From positions 83,411-147,410 of the IMG/VR virus record IMGVR_UViG_3300037149_000105: DNA of 64,000 nucleotides, one strand, 5' to 3'. Below the pieces are notes generated by a model. That model saw nothing but the letters and a program-made list of their open reading frames with translations. It ran no database searches and was not told the origin of the DNA. This document shows positions 6,786 through 14,859 of the stretch, piece after piece (position 1 is the stretch's first letter; each line of letters opens with the position of its first letter). Position numbers and translations under genes: made by a program. Origin of the DNA: a virus.

Positions 6786-7154
6786 ATGGAAGGCAAGCGT
6801 TTCAGCATCAACGGAATCAAGGTCACGGCAACCCATCTGGGTGGGGGCCTCTATGTCGGCATCCCCGACAACCTGGGTGAAGCCCTCAAGGCCCTCAAGA
6901 CTCTCCTGAGTGGTGCACTGTTCGAGCCCCGTGACATCCAGCTTCTGCCCGATGAGCCCAAGGGCACCCCGCAGGGTCACTACACCGCCCCCAAGGCTCC
7001 CGCCGCCCCCAAGCCCGACTTCTCCAACGAGACGGTCCTGGAGCACTGCAAGCGCAAGGGCTACAGCCAGCGGGACTTCGCTGACCTGATCGGCAAGCAT
7101 CACAAGACCGTGTGGCGGTGGCAGCAGGAAGGCAAGAAGATGTCCGAGGTCTAA
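6786..7154 (+). CDS. protein with C-terminal Xre/Cro-type HTH
   Basis: GYSQRDFADLIGKHHKTVWRWQ; AAGGAG RBS. Confidence 0.8.
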   Translation: MEGKRFSINGIKVTATHLGGGLYVGIPDNLGEALKALKTLLSGALFEPRDIQLLPDEPKGTPQGHYTAPKAPAAPKPDFSNETVLEHCKRKGYSQRDFADLIGKHHKTVWRWQQEGKKMSEV

Positions 7155-7258
7155 CCGGCTGGAGTGCCGGGGAGCTTAGGAATGTCAGAGACCCCCGATA
7201 CGTAGATCCGGCAGAATGGGCTGAACGTAGTAGGTTGGCCCCTCCAGCGTCAACGCAT

Positions 7259-7276
7259 AGCCCCGAAAGGGGCTTT
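7259..7276 (+). terminator. hairpin, possible terminator
   Basis: AGCCCC-GAAA-GGGGCT-TT. Confidence 0.5.
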
Positions 7277-7294
7277 GGTGGTAGAGGGGGCTAT

Positions 7295-7537
7295 ATGAAG
7301 TTCACCACTGGTGGTCACTATGGCATAGAGGCTAAGGATCTGGAAGACAATACGGTGAGTGTCGTGGCCGAGGATGGCCGAGTGATGTTTGCAGTCATCT
7401 TGGGTGAGGATGGCCACTCCATCGAAGTCCGGAGTTCCGCAACCTGCAAGGTTGGGGGAGTCCTTTATGATTCGCGCCTCTTGGTTCAGCCCGAAGCATC
7501 CAATTCCATTTTCATCAAGGCTCGTTCCTATGAGTAA
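7295..7537 (+). CDS. hypothetical protein
   Basis: GAGGGGG RBS before ATG 7295; the longer ORF call from 7112 runs through structured intergenic DNA. Confidence 0.7.
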   Translation: MKFTTGGHYGIEAKDLEDNTVSVVAEDGRVMFAVILGEDGHSIEVRSSATCKVGGVLYDSRLLVQPEASNSIFIKARSYE

Positions 7538-7691
7538 ATGGAAATATTACAACTGCCCCCAATGCGGGGCCATCTTGGAGCGAAGATGCTGGGCTCCTCT
7601 GGGAGAGAAACGAGTTAGGTTTCTCTTCTGCCGTGAGTGCCGGGTCCGCTACACGACCAAGGACATGGTTCTTAATAAGGAGTTCAAATGA
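7530..7691 (+). CDS. small zinc-ribbon protein
   Basis: CPQC...CREC; overlapping start and stop with neighbours. Confidence 0.6.
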   Translation: MSKWKYYNCPQCGAILERRCWAPLGEKRVRFLFCRECRVRYTTKDMVLNKEFK

Positions 7692-7915
7692 GCAAACTGT
7701 GCGTTTTTTGTGAACATATGGAGTTCGATCACGAGGATGCTCATGGCGGAGGCTGTGAAACCTGCGGCTATGGGGCAGATGAGGGCCGAAACGATATGGT
7801 CTGTCAGAAGGGCCACTGGAAGACCGGAATTGAGTGGGGCCTGACCAGTTACCGTGAGAAAATCTGTGCCGCTGAAACCTGCACTGATTACGAACAGGCC
7901 GAGGACGAAGATTAG
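7688..7915 (+). CDS. small Cys-rich hypothetical protein
   Basis: AAGGAG RBS; CVFC, CETC. Confidence 0.75.
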   Translation: MSKLCVFCEHMEFDHEDAHGGGCETCGYGADEGRNDMVCQKGHWKTGIEWGLTSYREKICAAETCTDYEQAEDED

Positions 7916-7945
7916 CTATACAAACTCTCCGGTCTGAGGTATACT
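7916..7945 (+). promoter_or_regulatory. early-type promoter
   Basis: CTATACAAA...GGTATACT. Confidence 0.7.
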
Positions 7946-7983
7946 AATTGGGAAGGGGCCGAAACCCCACTGAGGAGAATCGC

Positions 7984-8253
7984 ATGGCTCTCGAACGTCA
8001 GGACATCCGTATCTCGAACCGGATATACCTTCTGCTCAACCCGGAGGATTCGGACACCCCGGCCCTGGTCCATACCAAGGACTGGAAGGCTTCGGCCACC
8101 TACACCTGTGTGATGGGTGAGGGAGTCCTCATGTCCAATCGAGATGAGGATGTGGAACTCACGCCCCAGGAACTGAAGACCCTTGACAAGTATGAGGATC
8201 TGGAATGCCAGTATAACGAGGAAGCTCGTAAGGACTGTCCTGAATACCAGTAG
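7984..8253 (+). CDS. hypothetical protein
   Basis: GAGGAG RBS, ATG 7984. Confidence 0.75.
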   Translation: MALERQDIRISNRIYLLLNPEDSDTPALVHTKDWKASATYTCVMGEGVLMSNRDEDVELTPQELKTLDKYEDLECQYNEEARKDCPEYQ

Positions 8254-8294
8254 CCCTCCATGAACGCAATTTCCATCCCACTGAGGAGAATCGC

Positions 8295-8618
8295 ATGGCC
8301 AAGAAAATCACTCTCGCAACGCTTAAGTCCTTTGTCAGAAAGAACCTCCCCGTTATGTTCATCTGCAAAAGAGCTAGTTTTGACGGGATGACGGACTGTG
8401 TGGAATACGACAGCAACGCGACTTTTCAACCGGCAAAAGAGGGCGCATCCTATCCTGAAAACACCTTAGGGATTGCGGGCGTCTGGCTGGTTGGAAGTTC
8501 ACGTGACCGTATTAGTCGCTATGAAGCCCCAGGCTGGGAAGGATTCGAAGTCTATAATTGCTGTGGGACGTTTGTGGTGGCGGTGAAGGTAGCCATCCCC
8601 ATGGAACCGAAACTGTAA
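8295..8618 (+). CDS. hypothetical phage protein
   Basis: GAGGAG RBS identical to that of the upstream gene. Confidence 0.8.
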   Translation: MAKKITLATLKSFVRKNLPVMFICKRASFDGMTDCVEYDSNATFQPAKEGASYPENTLGIAGVWLVGSSRDRISRYEAPGWEGFEVYNCCGTFVVAVKVAIPMEPKL

Positions 8619-8657
8619 TTCCCGCCCCTCTGAAGAGGGGCATTCTTTGGAGCCATC

Positions 8658-9050
8658 ATGTCCATAGCTAGCCAGTATCTCGCGTTCGAACTTTCAGGGG
8701 CTAGTCGTGTCTTTTTGTGGACGCAGTTCAAGCCGCACTTCAAGAAAGTGATGTGCCAGCACATTACCGTCCAGTTCAATCTGACCGAGGAGTCGGCTGT
8801 GCTGCTCCAGGAGCAACTGGCTAACGCTAACCTTCAGGTCGTAGGGTTCCAGATCGGAGACGGGGTGGAGTGTCTGGTGGTGGAGGTGAACGGTTCGTCT
8901 CGTCGTCCCGATGGGGGCTGCTACCACATCACCCTCAGTCTGGCCGATGGGCATAAGCCGGTCGAGTCCAACCAGCTTATCAAACAGCAGGGGTTCCAGA
9001 CTTGTGTCCCAGTCGGAATCGAGGCGGAGCTAAAACTCCTCAACAAATGA
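8658..9050 (+). CDS. 2H phosphoesterase (cyclic phosphodiesterase-like)
   Basis: two HxT motifs: QHITV and YHITL...KPVESN. Confidence 0.75.
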   Translation: MSIASQYLAFELSGASRVFLWTQFKPHFKKVMCQHITVQFNLTEESAVLLQEQLANANLQVVGFQIGDGVECLVVEVNGSSRRPDGGCYHITLSLADGHKPVESNQLIKQQGFQTCVPVGIEAELKLLNK

Positions 9051-9077
9051 GGCCATCACACAGTAATATGTATTATA

Positions 9078-9401
9078 ATGCCCAATCACTACGCCACTTC
9101 ATGGATGCCCCGAGAGGACTTGGTTATCTCCCTATCCGATGAGACTGCGGCGGAGCGGACTCAAGAGGAACGAGACCAAATGTTCCTAGAGCTTCGTGAG
9201 GTGGTGAAACAGCATGGCTTTGACCTCAACGCCTGGGGCTCTGATGCTTCGTTTAGAAAATATTATCAGGCACCATTGAAGAAAGAATGTGAAGGTTTCT
9301 TTGACGTATGGGACTCATACTGGCTGGCCAATACGTTGGGTGGCCCAACCTTCGACCAATTGAGCGAGGCAGCGGAGCGGATTCGCAAATTCATCATTTG
9401 A
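9078..9401 (+). CDS. hypothetical protein
   Basis: 107-aa ORF in gene run. Confidence 0.65.
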   Translation: MPNHYATSWMPREDLVISLSDETAAERTQEERDQMFLELREVVKQHGFDLNAWGSDASFRKYYQAPLKKECEGFFDVWDSYWLANTLGGPTFDQLSEAAERIRKFII

Positions 9402-9426
9402 CATCTTCCCTGAAATTTGATATGCT
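9398..9426 (+). promoter_or_regulatory. sigma70-type promoter
   Basis: TTGACA-N17-TATGCT. Confidence 0.7.
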
Positions 9427-9438
9427 GTAAGGGAGGAT

Positions 9439-9849
9439 GTGATGATAAAACTCACTGGCAAGCTTCATTACGACCACACTCCCGAGTACGGATATCGGCT
9501 CGTGCTGGAAATCTGCCCCGGTATTCCCATGTTCTACCGGTGGCTCATCCCCAAGTGGTATCAAGTGAATGGACTGAGGGCCAAGGCTCACATCACCGTG
9601 ATCCGGAGGGAGAAGCCTGCTAACCTTAAGGCATGGGGTAAGTATGAAGGGGAGGTTGTGGAGTATGAGTATGATCCTGAGTCTCTTCAGACTGATGGCA
9701 AGCTGTACTGGTGGTTAAACTGTTTCAGCCACCGGCTCGAAGCGGTTGCTGAGGAGTTGGGTATGCCCTTTGTCAACTACATCAAACCCGCCGAAGGTTA
9801 CCGGAAGGTTTGGCACACCACTGTAGCAAACATGAAACAAACGAATTAA
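9439..9849 (+). CDS. second 2H phosphoesterase
   Basis: AHITV and WHTTV HxT motifs; GGGAGG RBS. Confidence 0.7.
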   Translation: MMIKLTGKLHYDHTPEYGYRLVLEICPGIPMFYRWLIPKWYQVNGLRAKAHITVIRREKPANLKAWGKYEGEVVEYEYDPESLQTDGKLYWWLNCFSHRLEAVAEELGMPFVNYIKPAEGYRKVWHTTVANMKQTN

Positions 9850-9854
9850 TTTCT

Positions 9855-9885
9855 ATATACAAATCTGACCGAAAGTGGGTATACT
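9855..9885 (+). promoter_or_regulatory. early-type promoter
   Basis: ATATACAAA...GGTATACT. Confidence 0.7.
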
Positions 9886-9903
9886 AGTCTAAAGGAGTCA
9901 CAT

Positions 9904-10032
9904 ATGAACCGTCTCGTTCGTCTCGCCCTTCGCGCACAGCGGAATCTTCGCAATCCCCTGGTCTGGTATGTGGCCGGGATGGTTGACCTGACCCTCATCC
10001 TGCTGGTCTGCAACCACTTCAAGTGGATCTGA
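9904..10032 (+). CDS. 42-aa basic/membrane peptide (not in ORF track)
   Basis: AAGGAG RBS; MNRLVRLALRAQRNLRNPLVWYVAGMVDLTLILLVCNHFKWI; own promoter and terminator. Confidence 0.65.
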   Translation: MNRLVRLALRAQRNLRNPLVWYVAGMVDLTLILLVCNHFKWI

Positions 10033-10047
10033 TACACAGAAAAGAAA

Positions 10048-10075
10048 TGAAACGCCTCCGAACGGGGGCGTTTCA
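10048..10075 (+). terminator. intrinsic terminator
   Basis: TGAAACGCCTCC-GAAC-GGGGGCGTTTCA. Confidence 0.6.
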
Positions 10076-10103
10076 AGTATTAGCTAGTAAAGGAGTAGTT
10101 CAA

Positions 10104-10829
10104 ATGAAAGAAGGATACACTCACATCTCTGCCATTATCGACCGTTCAGGTTCGATGTTCGGCATCAAAACCGATACCGAGGGCGGGTATAACACCTTCC
10201 TGAAGGATCAGAAAGAACTGCCAGGGGAGGCTACGATCAGCCTCACTACATTTGACGACCGGATTGAACTCGAATACGGAATGATCGCCATCAAGGATGC
10301 CCCCGCCTTCACCCTCCAGCCCCATGGTATGACTGCCATGCTGGATGCCATTGGTGTGACCATCAAGAACCTGGGAGCCAAGCTGGCAGCCATGGATGAA
10401 GCCGACCGTCCCGAGAAGGTTCTGGTTGTGATTCTCACTGATGGCGAGGAGAACAGCAGCAAGGAATACACCTATCAGACCATCAAGGCCATGATCACCG
10501 AACAAACCGAAGTTTACTCCTGGGAGTTCCTGTTCCTAGGAGCCAACCAGGATGCGGTTCTGGCCGGGAGTCAGATTGGCATCTCCGCTGGCAAGAGCAT
10601 GAGCTATGCGGCCAACGGAGCCAGTGTGGGCAACACTTTCACAACCATATCCAAATCCAGTTCTGCTTATCGGATGTCGGCCCGAGGGGTCGCTGCCCCT
10701 GATTTCACCAATCAGGATCGCGCTGATTCCATGATTCTGGATCCGAGTGCAGCAACCAGTGTTTCGGCTGGGGTTCCTAACGTTCAGACGTTCAACCCAC
10801 CTCCGGTTCCCCCAGCAGATCCTAAGTAA
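10104..10829 (+). CDS. von Willebrand factor A (MIDAS) domain protein
   Basis: IIDRSGSM, TAMLDA, ILTDGEENSS; AAGGAG RBS before ATG 10104. Confidence 0.9.
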   Translation: MKEGYTHISAIIDRSGSMFGIKTDTEGGYNTFLKDQKELPGEATISLTTFDDRIELEYGMIAIKDAPAFTLQPHGMTAMLDAIGVTIKNLGAKLAAMDEADRPEKVLVVILTDGEENSSKEYTYQTIKAMITEQTEVYSWEFLFLGANQDAVLAGSQIGISAGKSMSYAANGASVGNTFTTISKSSSAYRMSARGVAAPDFTNQDRADSMILDPSAATSVSAGVPNVQTFNPPPVPPADPK

Positions 10830-10853
10830 GCTCAGCGACTAGCCGCTTCTAAT

Positions 10854-10883
10854 GTGTGAACCTACAAAATAGGCTAATGACAC
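10854..10883 (+). repeat. 30-nt bulged-hairpin motif, copy 4 (abuts RBS)
   Basis: GTGT-GA-ACCTA-CAAAA-TAGGC-TAATG-ACAC then GGGAGG. Confidence 0.75.
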
Positions 10884-10896
10884 GGGAGGAGCCATA

Positions 10897-11370
10897 ATGT
10901 CCATCTTAACCGAGTGGGTCTCTACCCTAGAAGCCACCACTTATCCCTGGACTGATCAGTATTTACATACGCCTAATGGGTTCGACCCATTAGGCGTTTT
11001 GTGTGAAATGTATCGTCTCACGTTCTCCGCTCAGCCGATTCAGGATCAACCAACTTGGGTTTTGGGCCCTACTGGCACCTTTTACATCTTCACCGATCCT
11101 GGGGCTACTGACGGCATCAGCAACAAGCTCCCTGAGTCGGTTCAGCGATGGGCTGATTTGTTGGAAGCGGATCCAATCATGGTTCTGACCGATAGCAATG
11201 TAGACATTGGCTATCCGGTCTACATCCCTCTGAATGAAGTGGTGGATGGATTGGTTCTGAAGGTGGATACCACCATCCCCCCGGTTTTCGGGGTGCAGCA
11301 GCGGCCTTATTCAAATACTGAAATTATAGCTCTTATCGCTGCATTCGTCGCTTCCTACAATCCTGATTAA
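10897..11370 (+). CDS. hypothetical protein
   Basis: GGAGG RBS; 157 aa. Confidence 0.8.
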   Translation: MSILTEWVSTLEATTYPWTDQYLHTPNGFDPLGVLCEMYRLTFSAQPIQDQPTWVLGPTGTFYIFTDPGATDGISNKLPESVQRWADLLEADPIMVLTDSNVDIGYPVYIPLNEVVDGLVLKVDTTIPPVFGVQQRPYSNTEIIALIAAFVASYNPD

Positions 11371-11424
11371 ACTTTTTTGAAAAAAGACTAACCAAAAATC
11401 AAAACTCGCGGTATTATCTCTAGG

Positions 11425-11474
11425 TAGACGCTAACAGCAATCTCATCCCCTGTAACGGAACGAAACTGCGTCTA
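11425..11474 (+). promoter_or_regulatory. CAGCAA-stem RNA element in 5' leader of the DUF2828-like gene
   Basis: TAGACGC-TAACAGCAATC...CTGTAAC...AAACT-GCGTCTA immediately after a GGTATTAT -10 box. Confidence 0.55.
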
Positions 11475-11529
11475 GTGTTTTTGTCTCATGGCCGTGCCAT
11501 GAGTGGATTGAAACAAATAGGAGATCGTC

Positions 11530-12966
11530 GTGTCCAACCTGCTTAACGCCATCACCCGCACTCAGAACTACACCCGTACCGAGAATGGTGCGCTGACGCA
11601 TCAGTCCACGCTGGACGGTGTGCTTGACTTCTATTACCACGCTCCCGCTCGTCGGGGTCAGGACAACACTGCCCTCTTCTTGAAGGCATTTGGCGAGGAC
11701 CGTCTGACGGCCATCCGCTGCCTTTTCTACATCCGTGACATCCGTGGGGGTCAGGGGGAGCGTGAGACCTTCCGTCAGGGTCTGCGCGAACTGTACAAGA
11801 ACTTCCGTGAGGTGTTCGACCACATCCTCTCCTATGTGCCGGTCTACGGTCGTTGGGACGACATCGTGGAGTACGTCTCCGATCAGAAGGTCGTGTCGGT
11901 CATCCATGAGCAGCTAAACCTGGATCTCGGATCCGAAGAGGGTGTGAGCCTCCTGGCGAAGTGGATGCCCTCCATCAACACCTCTTCCAAGGAGACGGTC
12001 GCCCTGGCGCACCGATGGGTGAAGGCTCTGGGTTGGACTCCCGTCCAGTACCGCAAGAATCTCTCTACCCTCCGTGGCCGCATCAAGCTGGTCGAGACCG
12101 CCATGTCCCAGAACCAGTGGGACTCCATCTCTTACGGCCAGATTCCATCCCGTGCGGGTCTGCTCTACAAGGATGCGTTCAAGCGTCATGATGGTGCTCG
12201 TTACGACGAGTTCCTGGCGGCGGTTGTGCGGGGTGAGGAGAAAATCAACTCCGGCACCCTCTACCCCTACGAACTGGTGGCCAAGTCCATCGGCCAGAAG
12301 GACCAGACCGCCGAGGCGATGTGGAAGTGCCTGCCGAACTATGCGGATACCGACGACAACGCTCTGGTTGTCGCAGATGTTTCGGGCTCGATGTGTGGGG
12401 CTCGTGGGCCAAGCAACATCGCCCCGATCACCGTGTGCATCAGCCTCGCCATCTATCTGGCTGAGCGGAACAAGGGGATCTTCCACAACAAGTTCATCAC
12501 CTTCAGTGAGACCCCGGCTGTCCAGTCTCTCAAGGGGGACACCCTCTACGAGAAGGTCAGCAACCTCTCCAGGGCAACCTGGGGCATGAACACCAATCTC
12601 CAGTCGGTGTTCAATGTCGTTCTGTCCACGGCGGTCAAGGCGAAGCTCCCGGCCAGCGAAATGCCGACCAAGATTTTCATCATCTCCGACATGGAGTTTG
12701 ACTCTTGCGTGACGAACAACACCAACCTGGAAGTGATCAAGGCGAAGTATGCGGCCTCCGGCTACACGCTCCCAACCATCATCTTCTGGAACGTGGATTC
12801 CCGCAACGATCAGACCCCGGTCACGATGGATGAGAAGGGCACGTATCTGGTCTCCGGATGCAGCCCCAGCATCTTCGAAAAGGCCATCAAGGCTCAGGCG
12901 TGTAGTCCCATCGAAATGTGTTTGGAGGTTTTGAACGGACCTCGCTACGAGCCGATCACTCTGTGA
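11530..12966 (+). CDS. DUF2828-type TROVE/Ro60-like protein with C-terminal vWA
   Basis: TENGA, RDIRGGQGER, GRWDD, LAKWMP, TLYPYE, VADVSGSM, WGMNTN, ISDMEFD, IIFWNV. Confidence 0.85.
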   Translation: MSNLLNAITRTQNYTRTENGALTHQSTLDGVLDFYYHAPARRGQDNTALFLKAFGEDRLTAIRCLFYIRDIRGGQGERETFRQGLRELYKNFREVFDHILSYVPVYGRWDDIVEYVSDQKVVSVIHEQLNLDLGSEEGVSLLAKWMPSINTSSKETVALAHRWVKALGWTPVQYRKNLSTLRGRIKLVETAMSQNQWDSISYGQIPSRAGLLYKDAFKRHDGARYDEFLAAVVRGEEKINSGTLYPYELVAKSIGQKDQTAEAMWKCLPNYADTDDNALVVADVSGSMCGARGPSNIAPITVCISLAIYLAERNKGIFHNKFITFSETPAVQSLKGDTLYEKVSNLSRATWGMNTNLQSVFNVVLSTAVKAKLPASEMPTKIFIISDMEFDSCVTNNTNLEVIKAKYAASGYTLPTIIFWNVDSRNDQTPVTMDEKGTYLVSGCSPSIFEKAIKAQACSPIEMCLEVLNGPRYEPITL

Positions 12967-12972
12967 TGTTTT

Positions 12973-13012
12973 ATGGTTCCCGCTTCTGTTCGAGGAGTGG
13001 GAACCATTTTTT
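12973..13012 (+). terminator. intrinsic terminator
   Basis: 15-bp stem followed by T tract. Confidence 0.8.
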
Positions 13013-13047
13013 AAAGCAATAACAAGTGTTTACGCCCAGGAGCTACA

Positions 13048-13290
13048 ATGGCTAAGTCACAGTTCAAACCGATGCCGATGCCGGTCTTTAATTGTGCTCC
13101 GAATTGGGGTACAGAGCAAGATATCGCTGCCTGGGGTCTGCACGGCTGGGATTTGGCAGAAAAGCTGGCAAGCAAACTTACGCCGGAGCAGTTAAGCGAG
13201 TTTGATTTTAAACCAAGGGATGACATCTCTAAGCGGGTAAGGCACCTCCTAGGTCTGGAGAATTTTACCATCCCCACTGGTTACAACTGA
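13048..13290 (+). CDS. hypothetical protein
   Basis: AGGAG RBS. Confidence 0.7.
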   Translation: MAKSQFKPMPMPVFNCAPNWGTEQDIAAWGLHGWDLAEKLASKLTPEQLSEFDFKPRDDISKRVRHLLGLENFTIPTGYN

Positions 13291-13332
13291 TGCTCAGTAT
13301 CACCTGGACCCCGTGAACCATCTGGAGGAACC

Positions 13333-13515
13333 ATGAGGAATTTCAAAACCGACCGAATCGAAACCGACTATCGGCACTATGTCGATCTGGTGAACGAGCG
13401 GGATGCGCTCAAGGATGCCATGGAGAAGATTGCCAGTGGAGTCCTCACCGCAGAGGGAGCCATTGACGTTGCCCAGGAAGCCCTCGCCGCTGGTCCCAAG
13501 AATCCCTACGAATAG
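13333..13515 (+). CDS. hypothetical protein
   Basis: GGAGG RBS. Confidence 0.7.
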   Translation: MRNFKTDRIETDYRHYVDLVNERDALKDAMEKIASGVLTAEGAIDVAQEALAAGPKNPYE

Positions 13516-13563
13516 CACCTGTCCAAGATGTCCAGGATCACCTGGACCCCCAAGGAGAACGAC

Positions 13564-14118
13564 ATGGAACTTTCAACGATCCTCATTCGCACTGGTGCAT
13601 GTCTTGATGCCCGGATCTGGGCCAAAACTCAGCCCGATCTAGAAACCGCATGGCGCGAGTGCAAACGCTCGGACTGGATGCTCTGGCTTCTGGCCTGGAC
13701 CACGCTGAGCCAGGACGATTCCAGGTTGCGCCTCATGGCCTGCGATTTTGCCGAGGCTGTGCTGATCTACGTCCCGGCAGGTGAGGACCGGCCACGGCGG
13801 GCCATCGAGTGCGCCCGGCGGTTTGCCGCTGGAGATGCCACCCGTGCGGAGATGGACGCCGCAGGGGACGCCGCATGCGCCGCACGGGACGCCACACGGG
13901 ACGCATGGGCCGCCGCATGCGCCGCACGGGACGCCGCAGGGGCCGCCGCAGGGGCCGCCGCACGGGACGCCGCACGGGACGCCGCAGGGGCCGCCGCACG
14001 GGCCGCCGCAGGGGCCGCCGCATGGGACGCCGCACGGGACGCCCAGTCAGACATCATTCGTCGCTATTTTCCGGAGTGCCCGGAAATCAAGCCCGAATTG
14101 CTGCATAAGGCCGTGTAG
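13564..14118 (+). CDS. Ala-rich repeat protein (Imm5-like N-terminal region)
   Basis: AAGGAG RBS; DWMLWLL...LMACDFAE...DRPRRAIECARRF followed by AAxD/AAxA repeats. Confidence 0.75.
   Translation: MELSTILIRTGACLDARIWAKTQPDLETAWRECKRSDWMLWLLAWTTLSQDDSRLRLMACDFAEAVLIYVPAGEDRPRRAIECARRFAAGDATRAEMDAAGDAACAARDATRDAWAAACAARDAAGAAAGAAARDAARDAAGAAARAAAGAAAWDAARDAQSDIIRRYFPECPEIKPELLHKAV
13858..14043 (+). repeat. 12-bp tandem repeat (GCCGCAnGGGmC) in coding sequence
   Basis: about 15 imperfect units. Confidence 0.9.
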
Positions 14119-14198
14119 CACCTATCCAGTTAATGGTGAGCAAGTGGGGCTTAAGTAGGGATTACTACATCCGCTCGCTTGACTTATAGGAATTCTAA

Positions 14199-14330
14199 AC
14201 CGCACCTGTCCAAACCCATAAGCAGGCCCGGCAGGATGGGCTCAACCGGGTCGCAGAACTGGAGGCGGAACTCGCCCGATACACCACTCCGGCAATCCTG
14301 CCGATCGATAACTCGCCCATCGCGGGCTGA
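14199..14330 (+). pseudogene. start-less gene remnant
   Basis: frame reads ...GLNRVAELEAELARYTT.. to TGA, but is preceded by in-frame TAA with no start. Confidence 0.3.
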
Positions 14331-14399
14331 TGTCCAGATGCATGGCGTAAAGTGTCTAGTGTGGGGCATCGACAAAGATCCAACCGTTCTGGAGAAGAC

Positions 14400-14555
14400 A
14401 TGGCTTTTCGAGTAGTTAGACTTGACTATTGGGATTACCACCACCCCACTGGGTTGGTTTTTGAAGATTCGGAGAAGGCTCAGGAAGAAGCTAACAATCT
14501 GAATCGGACTAATCCCGACCCCCTCAGTTGCTACATTATCATGCCGGAGCCTTAA
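14400..14555 (+). CDS. small hypothetical protein
   Basis: GGAG RBS before ATG 14400; TAATG coupling with next gene. Confidence 0.6.
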   Translation: MAFRVVRLDYWDYHHPTGLVFEDSEKAQEEANNLNRTNPDPLSCYIIMPEP

Positions 14556-14803
14556 TGTACCATGAACTAAAGACCCTCCCCCAATTCTATGATGAAATCA
14601 TCACTGAAATGAAGCGGTTTGAAATCCGCCAGAACGACCGTAACTTTCAGAAGGGGGATATGCTCCTGCTTCGTGAGTGGGATGGGGAGAACTACACCGG
14701 ACATGCCCAATATGCGCGTGTCACTTACATTACTGACTTTGAACAGAAGCCCGGTTTTGTGGTGATGAGCGTTGTTCTTTGGGACCCCGCTCCAAACTTT
14801 TAA
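14555..14803 (+). CDS. DUF3850 / ASCH-like (PUA-fold) protein
   Basis: HELKTLPQFY...KRFEIRQNDRNFQKGD.L.LREW. Confidence 0.85.
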   Translation: MYHELKTLPQFYDEIITEMKRFEIRQNDRNFQKGDMLLLREWDGENYTGHAQYARVTYITDFEQKPGFVVMSVVLWDPAPNF

Positions 14804-14809
14804 ATTTCT

Positions 14810-14840
14810 CTATACAAACTCCCCTATTGTGCGGTATACT
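14810..14840 (+). promoter_or_regulatory. early-type promoter
   Basis: CTATACAAA...GGTATACT. Confidence 0.7.
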
Positions 14841-14859
14841 AATTGTGGAGGAGTTACCC

